Assembly: GCA_977016875.1 (NCBI GenBank)
Contig: CDRNST010000143.1
Coordinates: 992,001-1,056,000 of the forward strand
DNA: 64,000 bases
Origin: Pavona decussata
Taxonomy: Eukaryota
Reading direction: 5' to 3'
Shown here: in pieces, positions 11,501 through 23,394 of the stretch
Numbering within the stretch: the first letter of the stretch is position 1
Layout of the letters: each line of letters opens with the position of its first letter
Program-made: the position numbers and the translations under genes
The notes under the pieces: generated by a model
The model's database searches: none
What the model saw: the letters and a program-made list of their open reading frames with translations, nothing else
What the model was told of the DNA's origin: nothing

Positions 11501-14500
11501 AAAACAAACCATGTTGGGGATAGAGATAATAATCCTCTTTTCGACTCGTGTTTTTTTCACTTTCTGTTGTTTAATTCAGAGGAGAGAGATTTTATAGTCA
11601 ATCCCTGGCCAAACAGAGGCGAAATTTGACATCAATTTTTTAAGGTGGTCTTTTTCACAGCCTTGTATGGAGTGGCCAAGGGGACTTACATGTTAGTAAC
11701 CCCATTCCCAGGACCCTGGGTTGACAAGTTAGACACAAGATGCTAAAGAGCCATTTCAGAGTAGTCTTACAGTTTCGCTTGGAAGAAAACAACACTGACA
11801 CAAAGTTGTATTGGATGGTCAAACGACGGGAAACTGCTGGGCCAATCAGCATTCGAATATGAGCTTGATCAAAAGTGATAGGGCTGTCATTAGCAACCAG
11901 CTGTTAAGACTAGCAACCACAGTGAAGTTAGGCGGCTAATGAGGGATTGAAAATGGTTTAATTAAAGACAACAGGCGTGAGAGACTCTCTTTTACGACTT
12001 GTGGAGCCGGCTTGTCCAAAGCTTGAATAGGGAAATTAAGCAACGACGACAGCGATGGCAACAAGAACGCCACCAAAACTAAAGCTCTAATTAGCAAAAA
12101 CAGTCGCTATTCATCTGCGTTTTTCATTTTGGTACGTTTCTTTGCCGTCCTCTGCAAAACAACGTGAAATAACCAAATTCAAGATTTTGTGCCAACTATT
12201 TCTATTTTAACTTGAGCCCCGTTCAGCCTTCTAATTTAACCACTACTAATTCACAAATTGAGTGAGGTGGAATCATTGTTTCGCGAATTATCTCAAATAA
12301 TATGAAATTATATTTTCAAGACACCTTTTCGCTGGCCTCGTCGCCCGTCAAACGCGAGTCATTTTTACCTATTTACACACCTTAAGGTACAAAGCGATAG
12401 TTTGATCACAGCTTCTCGTGTCTTAAGAAACGATGCAATGGCGGACTAGGCTTGGACGAGATTGGCCTGAAGTCAGGTGCGCACTTCTATATATCAATAA
12501 AAATCTCATTTCATGTGTTCTTTGCTTGTTAGACTCCCTGAGATGGCGGAATTTATCAGCCGGTGTGAAGAATTTCTTGTTGAAGAATTCAGTCCGTTAG
12601 ATTCCCAGTGGTCAAATGAAGACTTTCTCTCTCTGAGTTCCAATGGGTTACAGAAAGGTTGGTTTTCTTAAAGTTCGTTCTTGGCCTGGACGCAGATTTT
12701 GATTATAAGGAAACGAACAGCTCTCTTTTTGAGGCTTTAACTGAAACACCGTTAACTGCTCAAAAGTATAACAAACCCACCCTGGAGAGCACTTTTAACG
12801 GTAAATCCAACGATTTTGTAAAAAACCTCGAATGTCATTTCCAGAAAGTAATGAAATTAAAAGGTCTCTAAATCTTAACTCCAAAAAATTTTTTTCGCAT
12901 TTTAACGTTATCTTTAACGGATGCTTGACCGCGTTCTCATTGACTAGGTTCATTTTCATTACAACTTGTTGTGATAAATCTTTCAGTCCTTTCCAGTAAC
13001 GATCTCTGCGTATCTTCGGAGAACACCGTATTCCTTGCTCTCATGAAGTGGGCGGAGGTGAATGAAGTGTTTGATGATCAACTCGAGCCGCTGCTGGAAC
13101 TGGTGCGGTTCAAATCCATGACCATCAACTATCTGCATGATGTGGTAACCAGCGACCATCCCATAGCCTCTACAGTTACTAAGTTTCCGCTGTTGTTCGA
13201 GGAAGCTGTATTTTACCATGCATTTTCTAAGGTACGTATTTGTCACTGTTAGATCTAAGCTTGTAGACGCCGACGGTGTGAAAACATAATGTGATGGGAC
13301 TGGTCACTGACCAAACTTTAAAAGTTTGTGTGTGGGTCAAGGTGATTCCATTTGATTGCAACGTGTATTGTTCTCAATAGTGTTTCCTAGTTGTACTACA
13401 ACAACAACAACAACATGTGAAATTTATTTACCTTAGTTCACATGAAGTAGTTACAAGAATTAAACAACCATATCGAGTAAAATTCCACCCAGAATAACTA
13501 TAAGGGCTAATCTAGCTGGGTGGCTGATCTGGCAAAATATTGAAGAAAAGAAAGGTCGATGTCTATTCAAAAATAAACACACAAACAAACATGGATACAC
13601 AAAAAAGAAAAAGAGAAAAGAACTGATAATGATAAAATAAAAAGATAAACAAGGCGGCATTGTATGAACAACATGTATTTGCTATGTCTTGGGAGTGGTT
13701 TTTCGTTTTAGTCTTTAGGGCCACAACTTTATTGGTGTTAGACACTATTATGTACTACCTTCGCTAAATAAAGACTCTACTACTACTAAGTAAACCAGAC
13801 CTTTCCCGATGAAGCATGCGCCTGAAACTCCTAAATCGTCTAATGCGATCGAGGCTTAAATGGTACTAGACCTTGTGCAAAGATATCGAGTCAGGTACTT
13901 TGTGCTGGCGATTCTGGTGCGTCTTGAATCTATAAGCGAAATTTGTGACTGGAAATTTTACCGCTTTCTACTCACGGCTTTTTGTTCTCAAATTTCCAGG
14001 AAAGGCAATGTGAAGAAGGGGAGCCTGTTGCGAGGAAAGCCTATGACGAGCCAGTTGTATTCAATTGGTCAGTGGACATTGGTGAAGACGTGGAAGTGGA
14101 GAAGAAAAAGAAGATCATTAAATCGCCGCATTTCTGGGTCAGCGGATACGAAATGTAAGATTACCTCAATCTGGTTACTAGGGTCCTTTGGATCTTTGGC
14201 CAGCGGATGGTCGCTAGGAGAGACGTTAAGCGGGCAGCCAATCAAAAAATTCAAATGTTTTCGATTTTCCTAGTCTGTCTTCAGGCGATCAACGAAATTT
14301 TCGCAAAAAAAGTTTCTGTCACAATGTTTCTTCGTTTTTTGAGAAATCTTCTGATAGCGTTCGCTTCATTTAACAAATGGTGAAATCCAAATCGACGGGA
14401 AGGTATGAGGGAAAAATTAGTGTGGAGCGTTCCTTACCAACGATGTTGGAGAAGGCACATGGTAAAAGAATATTGGAATGGACTTTGAAAGTATATGCGT

Positions 14501-15104
14501 CAGTTGGCGCACAACAATTTAAGAATTCAAGGTTGAAAATGGTTGGACATTTTGATTTCCCGTGTATATAAGAAACTAAAACTATTTCAGTCTGGTATTT
14601 GAAATAGGTTTAATTTAAAAAGTCCAAAGATAAAATAATAGACAAACATTAATAAAATTTATATTTGAACGGAGTTCATGTTATGTGGTCATAACGGACT
14701 CGTATACAGCTGTTTCGACAAAGACAACCTTTGTCGAAACAGCTGTATATTCTTTAAAAATATTCAGTGGACAAGATTCACGATTTTACAACTTACAGCT
14801 ATATTGTATTCTGGTTTTCAGGTTTCTAGAGCTTAAACTGAGGACTTCTGGTTGTCAAGGTCTCTACCTGACAATAAGCACACGTGACTTCCGCCACAGC
14901 AGCAAGGGATTCGTTAAACTGGCTTACTCTCTGACGTCAAACTTTCCCAAGGCCACGCGAGTCATCAACGAAGCGGACGTGTTTGACCGGGAGGGGTCTG
15001 GGTGGGGTTATGAAGAATTCTTCCCTCTAAGTTGGGCTGAATTCAAAGACCAACTGAAAAGAACTCCTTTGATAATTACGTCACAAGTTAGTCTTCTTGA
15101 ATAG
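8563..15104 (+). CDS. BTB/POZ-BACK-MATH domain protein, POB1/LRB-like CUL3 substrate adaptor (601 aa)
   Basis: Exons 8563-9327, 10289-10452, 10952-11020, 12533-12657, 12987-13231, 14000-14154 and 14822-15104 total 1806 nt, open and phase-consistent. Split BTB (FNNPEMSDRILVVKI ... VHSFWLALNSSYFRSLFFSSGMKET), BACK (VLSSNDLCVSSENTVFLALMKW, LLELVRF) and a C-terminal MATH-like domain (SPHFWVSGY, GWGYEEFFPLSW). Confidence 0.88.
9707..9977. mobile_element. PIF/Harbinger-type MITE with an internal 59-bp tandem duplication
   Basis: TAA|GGCCTGGTTCA ... TGAACTGGGCC|TAA; duplicated segment at about 9798-9920. Confidence 0.75.
10545..10750. repeat. CT-rich low-complexity tract
   Basis: Almost pure pyrimidine run in an intron. 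Confidence 0.9.
13395..13680 (-). mobile_element. 5'-truncated LINE 3' end (CR1/L2 group)
   Basis: (TTG)n tail at about 13398-13415. The stem-loop CCACCCAG-CTAGATTAGCC...-CTGGGTGG resembles the 3' UTR of the full-length LINE at 52519-52562. Confidence 0.55.
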
Positions 15105-15171
15105 GGGAGTCCAGAATAACTCAGTTAGTTTTTGGTCCCGGGAAAACCAACATTACTGCCTTAATGTGGGC

Positions 15172-15520
15172 CGGACAGGGTATTTTTTTTACGCCCGCTT
15201 CAAGATGGCAGATGCTATATTTATTGTATAAATCACACTTAGCTACTTTTTCGTACTTTTTTAAGTTAGAAAAAGAAAAAAAAAGAAAAAAAGATGACCC
15301 CAAGAAGAGTCGAATCCGGGTCGTCGGATTACTAAGCAGGAACCTTACCACTTTTTTGCTAGATATCCTAACCCCAAATATAAAGGCTAACCGCAGGCTG
15401 CCTAAGCTAAATTAGGCTAATCGTAGAGCTATTTAGGCTAACCGGAGCGTTTTTGTTAGTTACCAGTCTGTCACGGTAAGTATCCGCCATCTTGAAGTGG
15501 GCGAAAAAAAAAATTGTCCC
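15172..15520. mobile_element. MITE-like element with about 40-bp imperfect inverted repeats
   Basis: GGACA...TTTTTTTTACGCCCGCTTCAAGATGGC versus GCCATCTTGAAGTGGGCGAAAAAAAAAATTGTCC. Confidence 0.55.
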
Positions 15521-16124
15521 GACAGGGGCGAAGGAAACAAAAGCCCCTTCGCAGTTTTGCGTTCAAATCTTTAAATTAATAGAGCGCTCGCTTATTATTA
15601 AGTAACGACATAGCACCTTATGTCCCACCAAGCTTACATGGTTTCGTGTTTATAAACGTGAAGATATTTTGAGCGGTCGGCAATTTTCACCGATCTTTAG
15701 CTGCTTAGGGACTGTAGGCTACTAAAATATTCAAAATTCGTTGCGTACAAAGTGACGGAAATTTCGGAAAGTGGCGAGGATTTAGCTGCCCTTTTGGTAT
15801 ACTTACTTTTGGGGGCTTGGTCCTTCCAACTGGTGCCTTGAAACATTCATGTATATTGTGTCGTTCTTGCTGACGTGAAAAGTGTTTAGAAATACGCACA
15901 ATTTTGAGTACCTCTGTGCTTTACACCTTTACCTTTAAGCGCGCTTTTTTCTACAAAGGTGAAAATTTTTTTTTAATAATTCTTAGAATTTATAACTGTT
16001 TGAGACTTCCTTTAATGTTACTATCCTAGACTATTTGTGATCTCCTTTTATTTATTTATTTTTTAACAGGACCTGCATTGATAGCAGTTTCCTTTATAAA
16101 ACTGATGTAGCAATCCTGTATAAA

Positions 16125-16383
16125 NNNNNNNNNNNNNNNNNNNNNNNNNNNNNNNNNNNNNNNNNNNNNNNNNNNNNNNNNNNNNNNNNNNNNNNNNNNN
16201 NNNNNNNNNNNNNNNNNNNNNNNNNNNNNNNNNNNNNNNNNNNNNNNNNNNNNNNNNNNNNNNNNNNNNNNNNNNNNNNNNNNNNNNNNNNNNNNNNNNN
16301 NNNNNNNNNNNNNNNNNNNNNNNNNNNNNNNNNNNNNNNNNNNNNNNNNNNNNNNNNNNNNNNNNNNNNNNNNNNNNNNNNNN
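16125..16383. other. Assembly gap
   Basis: Run of N. Confidence 1.
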
Positions 16384-16650
16384 TTCTTGCTTTCGTGAAA
16401 AATGTTAAGACATACGCGCAATTTCGGATACCTGAAAACATTTTTTTATATAAAACTTATACAGGCCGTTCTTGCTTCCGTGTCAATTTGTACTAAAAAG
16501 GTGTTATAAGTGATTTTCTAGTAAAATTCATAGAGATCACCGAGATCAGAGACCGTTTCTTTTTGCAGACCACAACAGTTTACTCTCTCGTACCATTGGC
16601 ATAGAGTTCGGGATACTTTTGACACCGTTTCATTCGGAGTTGTTGCTATT

Positions 16651-16863
16651 TTGGATATTTCTGAACTGTTGAAGTATTACCAGCCATATCGGACAGTTAG
16701 GTCAACAAGATCAACAAGCTTAAGTCTACTACAAATAGCTAAAACGAATACCCTCACCTATGGCGATAGGGCGTTTTCTGTTTGCGCGCCTAAATTGTGG
16801 AATAAGCTGCCACTTGAAATAAGAAGCTCAGACACTCTAGCTAGACTTCTCTTTTCTAGATAA
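16651..16863 (+). mobile_element. LINE (L2/CR1 group) ORF2 C-terminal remnant
   Basis: YQPYRTVRS...TLTYGDRAFSVCAPKLWNKLPLEIR is the typical L2-type ORF2 C-terminus. Confidence 0.8.
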
Positions 16864-17589
16864 ATTCTAAGTATATTTATATAAGTATAAGTTTAAATCG
16901 TTCAAGCATCATTATTGTAAATATTGCGTACTTAATTCTCCATAGTTGTAAGCTGCATGGAGACTGAGTGGGATGCTCCTAATACCTTACTGTTATTACT
17001 AAACAACGGTCAAATCTTATTGCTACTTCGTAAGGGTTATGGCAATTTTGTTTCGGGGCAGGGGAGGGGGGGGGGTTGAACTTAACGGTGCTAGCTGATA
17101 CATGCTCCTTGCCCTAACTTGTGGAGGCGCGGTTACACAAAGAGTAAGCACGCTGAGGTTTCGAAAAGGACGGTGGTTCTGCCTCATCTTTCTTACCATG
17201 ATACTGACAAAAACGTCTCCGAAAGAGATTCTCATCGTTTTAACACATTTCACATTCATGTGGTTGAAGATAAAAAAAAAACCTTAAAAAAAAAAAAACC
17301 TTGATCATTGTCGTTGTTTTTGCGAAGTGAAATCAGCCAGATCTAAAAAAAATTCTTGTTTGTTTTCAATAAAACAATTATCCCACTGGCGCTAGTTGGC
17401 TATCTATCATCTCATATCCAACGTGCGCTCGTGGAATAATTGTTAAATATTGTTATAAATGAAACCAAAACGCGTCTACCGTACATTTGGGGTCAGTCCG
17501 TTGAATCTTATTTTAAGATCATTTTGGTTGCTGTTCTCGAAGATTAATACTCATATGCAATGTATGTATAAATGTACTTGCGTTCTGGA

Positions 17590-17835
17590 ACGGTTTGGAT
17601 TGAGTGTCGTAAAACCAAAACGAAAGTAATTGCTCTGACCAATCACAACAGACGTGGACAGCCTAATGAACCAATCAGAATTCGAAGGAAATACATGTAA
17701 CAGGCGCCAAGCGCGGGAAAACGCGTGCGACCAAGACACACGAGTGGTTTTGGTTTGGCTTCCTATTGGTTGAAAAAAATGGCGCGAACTTTGCCAACCA
17801 ATCATAAAGCGCAGTAAAGCAAAACGAAAACAAAC
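17590..17835. mobile_element. MITE of the same family as 45734-46067
   Basis: ATTGAGTGTCGTAAAACCAAAAC terminus and multiple CCAATCA motifs, homologous in reverse orientation to 45734-46067. Confidence 0.65.
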
Positions 17836-20328
17836 GCAAAAGCGCCAACGCTATAATCTGATTGGCCACATTACAAGCGCAGTTTTTGCACTAAATAACG
17901 TTGTACATAATAAAGTAAAACTTTAAACTTTTCAGTTTAGTGAAATAGTAACCAAGATGAAAATTATAACAGGTTCTTGACTGAAATTATTAGACCATTC
18001 TTTAGACCAGACTGTTCGTTCTAGCACGATTTTCTACATCGCGCAGAATGCCTATTGTTCTCGGGACATTTACTTCCAGTTCAACAAAGTTCGAAGATCT
18101 GTCATATCACGCGCAATCATGCAGAGGCTCTATGAAAGCGCTTCAGCCATTGGTTGCCAAGAATGCAAGACGAAGCTCATTAATATGTTGTAGGTGGCAA
18201 ACTAAACAATGAATGCAGCACGCTATTGTTTTCTCCTTTTAGCTATTTTGTTTCGCAAAATCGCGAATATGCGCATATTTCACAGTGAACGTTCAAATCC
18301 AGAGAATACAAACACTTTGCTTTATTTTGCGGGAATTTTGTTCACAAGTTAAACCACAGAAAGAAAGATGAAATTTTCCATTTATTTTAGCGCATGCGAG
18401 ATCTCGATTATGTTGTAAATAAACTCGCTGCGAGGTGAGCAAAATTGAGCGCGGAAGCCAGAACACTCGTCGCTGATTGTAAAGTTTTGCTTCTCCATTC
18501 GAAAGATGTTAGCTCTTATATTGACCCCCAAAAGAAATTTAACCAAAATGGCGATTGCGTGCCCAATATGATCTCGAGCAGACTCCTCGAACTGGTAACC
18601 AAGCGGCTTGACACTCACTTGAAGGAAGGCGAACACTGTCGCCGGCTTCCCGCAAATTTGCAGGTGGAACGTCGGGCGGTTTTCGTCAACAAATCAAGGA
18701 GCCATGTGAATTTTAAAAGGGTGGATCGGGTTTTCGAAGAGCTCTGAAAAGAGCTCCCGATCCGCGACATTTTCTTTTTTCAAGGTTTGGTCGGTAGATG
18801 CAATGAACCAGCTGGTGCAACGCGATCAGTTTAAAAGTTCGCGGCTTCTCTGTACCATTTTACAATTGAGTGATTTTCTTGAATGGACATTGTGTCAGTC
18901 TTGACAACCATTGTTATTCAGTCGTGGACTTAAAACAATAGCCCACTCGCCCAAAGTGCGCCATTTTCAAAGTCAGCAGCAACTAGCAGTCTTCAAGTCG
19001 AAAAGAACAGTGGTTCTCGTTTATCGATTTTAAAAATTAAAACGGATTCTGTTCTAGAAAGGCCCCATCTTTCTTTTACCGCGCGTCAAAATATGAAAGC
19101 TGGTGAAAATGTTCAGAAAATCGCTGTCAAAAGTGGCGTCCATACTGAAAACGACCAATTTTTCCGAATTTTCGAGTTTAAAAAAAGTCTTTATACTTCC
19201 TTATATTCCTTCGTTTAAGGCTTAAAGTGTTCATACGTCATTGCTTTCCAAAAAGCCGTGCGTCAAAGATAAGATTACAACTTCTGAAAAGCGGAAAAGC
19301 ATGTTTTACTAGCTCTACTTGACCAGTTTGGGCCCTTTCTCTTCTAATTCTGGGCTATTCAAAGCGCGCTCGCATTCAAATTTGCCGCTTCGATGACTAT
19401 GAATAATTAATGATGTCCAGGCATTCTGCGCGATGATGTGTCTGATTCGGACTGCGCCCTCATAACCTGTCACACGATAGAACTTTCGTGTTCATAATCT
19501 AGTTGTTATTTTGCACGATGTCCTTTTCTTACGTCACGCTCCATATTTTGACACATTTGGCCGAATGGGGGACTAATGCGAACGATGGGTGAAAATATCG
19601 ACAAGACTGCCTTCACTTCTAGCGCTCGTAAAAAAAAAAAAATGGATTCAATATTTCTCAAAATTTTTTTCGAAAATGAGTTCTTGAAAGATATGGAAAT
19701 CTACCAAAAGAAAACAAATTGAAGGGTTAGGGGCACTTTAAATCGTACGCAACAACGTTAAACCAAAGCAAGGATTTAGGCTTTTGAAGTGATCGTCGGG
19801 CATGCTGCACTATCAAAAAAACAAACAAACAAACAAAAAAAACAGCAACAAAAATCCTCACACACATTTGATAGTCGTGATAAATTTGACTTTTCAGTGT
19901 AACTTTGATCTGACTTTTATTATTCATACTTTCATACTTTTCTCTCGGCTAGTTTTACTCAATGAAACACAATGAAACTGTTAACTTCTATTAAATAAAT
20001 TCAATATGTTGACCAATCTTCGTTTCTGTTTTAAGTTGAATGAGTTGGGACATCCTTATTTTCATTTCAGAAACTGCATCGATGTGAATTAAATACTAAA
20101 AACGTTATCATCCAAGTCAAAATGTCAAACAAATTCAAACTCAACACTAGTCTTGCTGGAGTTAAATAAGGCAACGTCTTTTTCGATGACTTTGGTTCCA
20201 TGCGTAGTGATTATCTCCTATAATCACAGTATCATCTGTAAAGCAATCAGTTGCTGCATGCAATGCTGAATCAATTGCGACAAACTGTATTCACAAAAAA
20301 TAACCAAAGCAAGAATCCGTGAACGTTT

Positions 20329-23300
20329 CTAGCGCCATATCGGTCTATAAGAATACACCCATTTGTTAGGAGACAAGAAGGGTTCTTGCGTGATGGCCAT
20401 CACATGAAGAGGGGTTTTATAAGGGACATCCGGTCGCTGGAACCATTTGGTCGTTGTCGTTGCTAGCGGGGCTGAACTGGGTTTAGCTTCAGGGTGTACC
20501 CTTGGGAAACGTCTATACCGGTTGTTATCTGCCCCCGGGGCTCCTTGATATGAAGCCATGTAGCACGAGCGGGCGTCACTATCCGCGCTCCACGTGATCA
20601 GATTGTTGGAGTAGTGTTGGCATCGATCGGGAAAAGTTCGACGTCCAAGACCCTGGAAATAGAGAAGAATTAACTGATGATAAACAGAAAGCCTTGAGAA
20701 AGATCAACGCGGCCAAATTTTGATGAGTTTTGCCAACACAAGTATACCAGGATACGTTCGACATCTTCCACCGCATGCTATTCGGTCGCACGGATATCAT
20801 GAGACGCATTTACAGTCAGGAAAAATTAGGTCCTTACCCATTAAAAGTATAATTTTAATGGAACAGCTCGAAAATATGAGCACCCTTTTGAAAAACTTTT
20901 ATTGTGATCCTCGCCAGTTTCCATGCGAGCGTACGCTCGTTTTGTCCCATAAAATATGAGGTGCAGACACAAGAAGCGATTTAGAAAGAGCCGGCTCTTG
21001 AATTACCCCAAGCACGGGTCCAAACCCATGGAAGAGAGTCTGCATGGTGTTAACTGATAACCGAAATTGGCCAAAATTTTAACTGTCGGCTGAGAAATTG
21101 CTTGATAGCTGAAAAACGTTAAGGAGACTGTTAGTTGAGATGGCTAAACTTTCCAACAACTGGGGGAGGGGGGGGGGGGCTTCAGACTCCGCACACGTCA
21201 TGCGCAGCAGCTAGTGGTTGCCGACAAATTCGCCATTGCCTGCATTTGTGGACATAGGTGGGCTCTTTAAGGCAAAATCTCAATTGCAAAGTGCTGCAGG
21301 GCTTGCCGCGTATCACAACATTACAGCAAAAAGTATATTAAGGCTGGCACACCGAGTGGTAGCTAGGCTGTCGTCTGACAGAGTAGCCTGCACGCTGACG
21401 TCTCCTATTTTCTTCAAAGGGAAGAAAGAACTAGGAGAAGTTTCTATCGACAGAGCGGCTCACTTAGCCGCTTTGGGCTAACTGAGGTCCTTCGGGTAAA
21501 ATATTCAAGGTTGGCTTACATTTCCAAAATATTCTCCCTGATCTTGAAATGCGTGTCTGTTATCGTGGCTAGAAAAGGAGAATCTCTGGAATGGAACCTG
21601 AAAACAATAATACATCAAGTTTAGTACACTTGCTGTAGAAAAGCGCACGGCCCGCAGTTATTCTAATCAAACCGACAAATTACAGCCGGTTTTCGCTACT
21701 AATTTCCCGTTGCTTTTGAGGTTCCAGCGAAATCTCCCAAAGCACTCGGAGACACCTCCATTTTGGTTGGTTTGGCCTGAATTTCGTTTGTCTGGATAAT
21801 AAACCCACTAGAAACAGAGAGACTTTAACGCAATCGTTTCCAAAAAAAAAAAAAAAGTAATGCCGGAACTGTCAATGTATCAAATGTACACTTCTTTTCG
21901 CAGCCATGGCGTTAGCCTGCGTAGCATAGCATGTATATTTAAGCCGATTTAAAGATTACGAGCTCGAGATTTCTATCGCGTGATAGCTGATGAGGGCACA
22001 GCCCGAATCAGCTATCACGCATAGAAATCTCGAGCGAATAATCTAATTGTTTTAGTATAAATCTCCTAGTCGTTCAAAACTAAACAAGTAAATTATCTAT
22101 ATCCTCATCGCAGACACTTCGAAAACGCGAGTAACCGGCCGCCATTTTGTTCAAAACCGCTCAGTAGTCGCTATCTATCACAGAATAGATAGCGAGTAGC
22201 GTAGCCAATCAGAGAACGGCATCCGTAATAGAGCATTATATTATGAGCTCGAGATTTCTATCACGCATGGAAATCGAGAGCGAATAATTTAATTGTTTTA
22301 GTAAAAATCTACTAGTCGTTCAAAACTTAACAAGTAAATTATCCAAACCCTCCTCACAGACACTTCGAAAACGTGAAGAAGCGGGCTGAATTTTGTTGAC
22401 AACTGCTACTCACTATCTATCACAGAATAGATAGCGGGTAGCGTAGCCAATCAGTGAACGGCATTCATAATAGAACGCTAGTAGATTTATACTAATGATG
22501 ATTATTAAAACCTGGACGCGAGAAAGAGCGGGGCGAGCGAGGGAGGGACTGACATGCGCCCGCTACGTATAGCTTTATAGGCTACCATGGCGTTACCCGT
22601 ACACCAGTTTTTAACCATTTGTCAAAGAACGGTCACCGTTTACACAGCTTGTCTAAAGACTTGACAACAATACATGGACTGCATAATCCTTTTTAACTCT
22701 GGGCCTAGAACTGAACGAGTTTTAAGAGAACGAAAGGTTGATGAAGCGTCTAGTAGATTGCAAAACAGCCAGGGTTTTTTCTGTTTATCTTTCCGCTTAT
22801 CACAAGCGTGTGAAGACCGAGCGCGCATCCGAATGACAGGCTAACGAAAAAATACGACTGTTTTTCAGTCTATGAAACGCACAAGAAACGTTTTTGTTGG
22901 AATGGATGAATATATTCACCTCGTGCTTGTCGTCAAACCTCCTGGGTGGAGATGGTATACTCTTCTCGGGTGGTTTGGAGTCGTCAAGCCTCCTCGGCCA
23001 ACCTCGTGTACAAAACTGAAATAAAGAAGATCAACGAGAGAAATTCACATCAGTGGAAAGCACCACACACTAAGCTAAATGATTTAGTAGTTGTAGGGCA
23101 CGTAACCATACGTTACGTTACGCGCTCTGAGTCATATGGCCAACATGTGCCGGCGGTGAAGTTCCACTTACGCAACTATGAAATTGAAGTGTCCAGAGAC
23201 AACAGCCGGAGGAGAAGAGAGTCAGCTGAGGATAAGTAACCTGCGATCATGCGTTCTTTTTTTCGGGGAACGCGAAAGCCAACTCTCGCGCTGCCACACT

Positions 23301-23357
23301 TTCGCGCTCCCCGAAAAAAAGAACGCCTGGGCTGAGTTGCTCGAAGCATGGTTAGCG

Positions 23358-23394
<37 letters not shown>

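Noticed and set aside
17990-19742. ORFs at 18382-18747 as a gene, or a complete Kolobok-like transposon
   Set aside because: No recognisable protein motif or splice structure. Only one candidate terminus (GGGGCACTTTAA near 19730-19741) was found, with no partner TIR.
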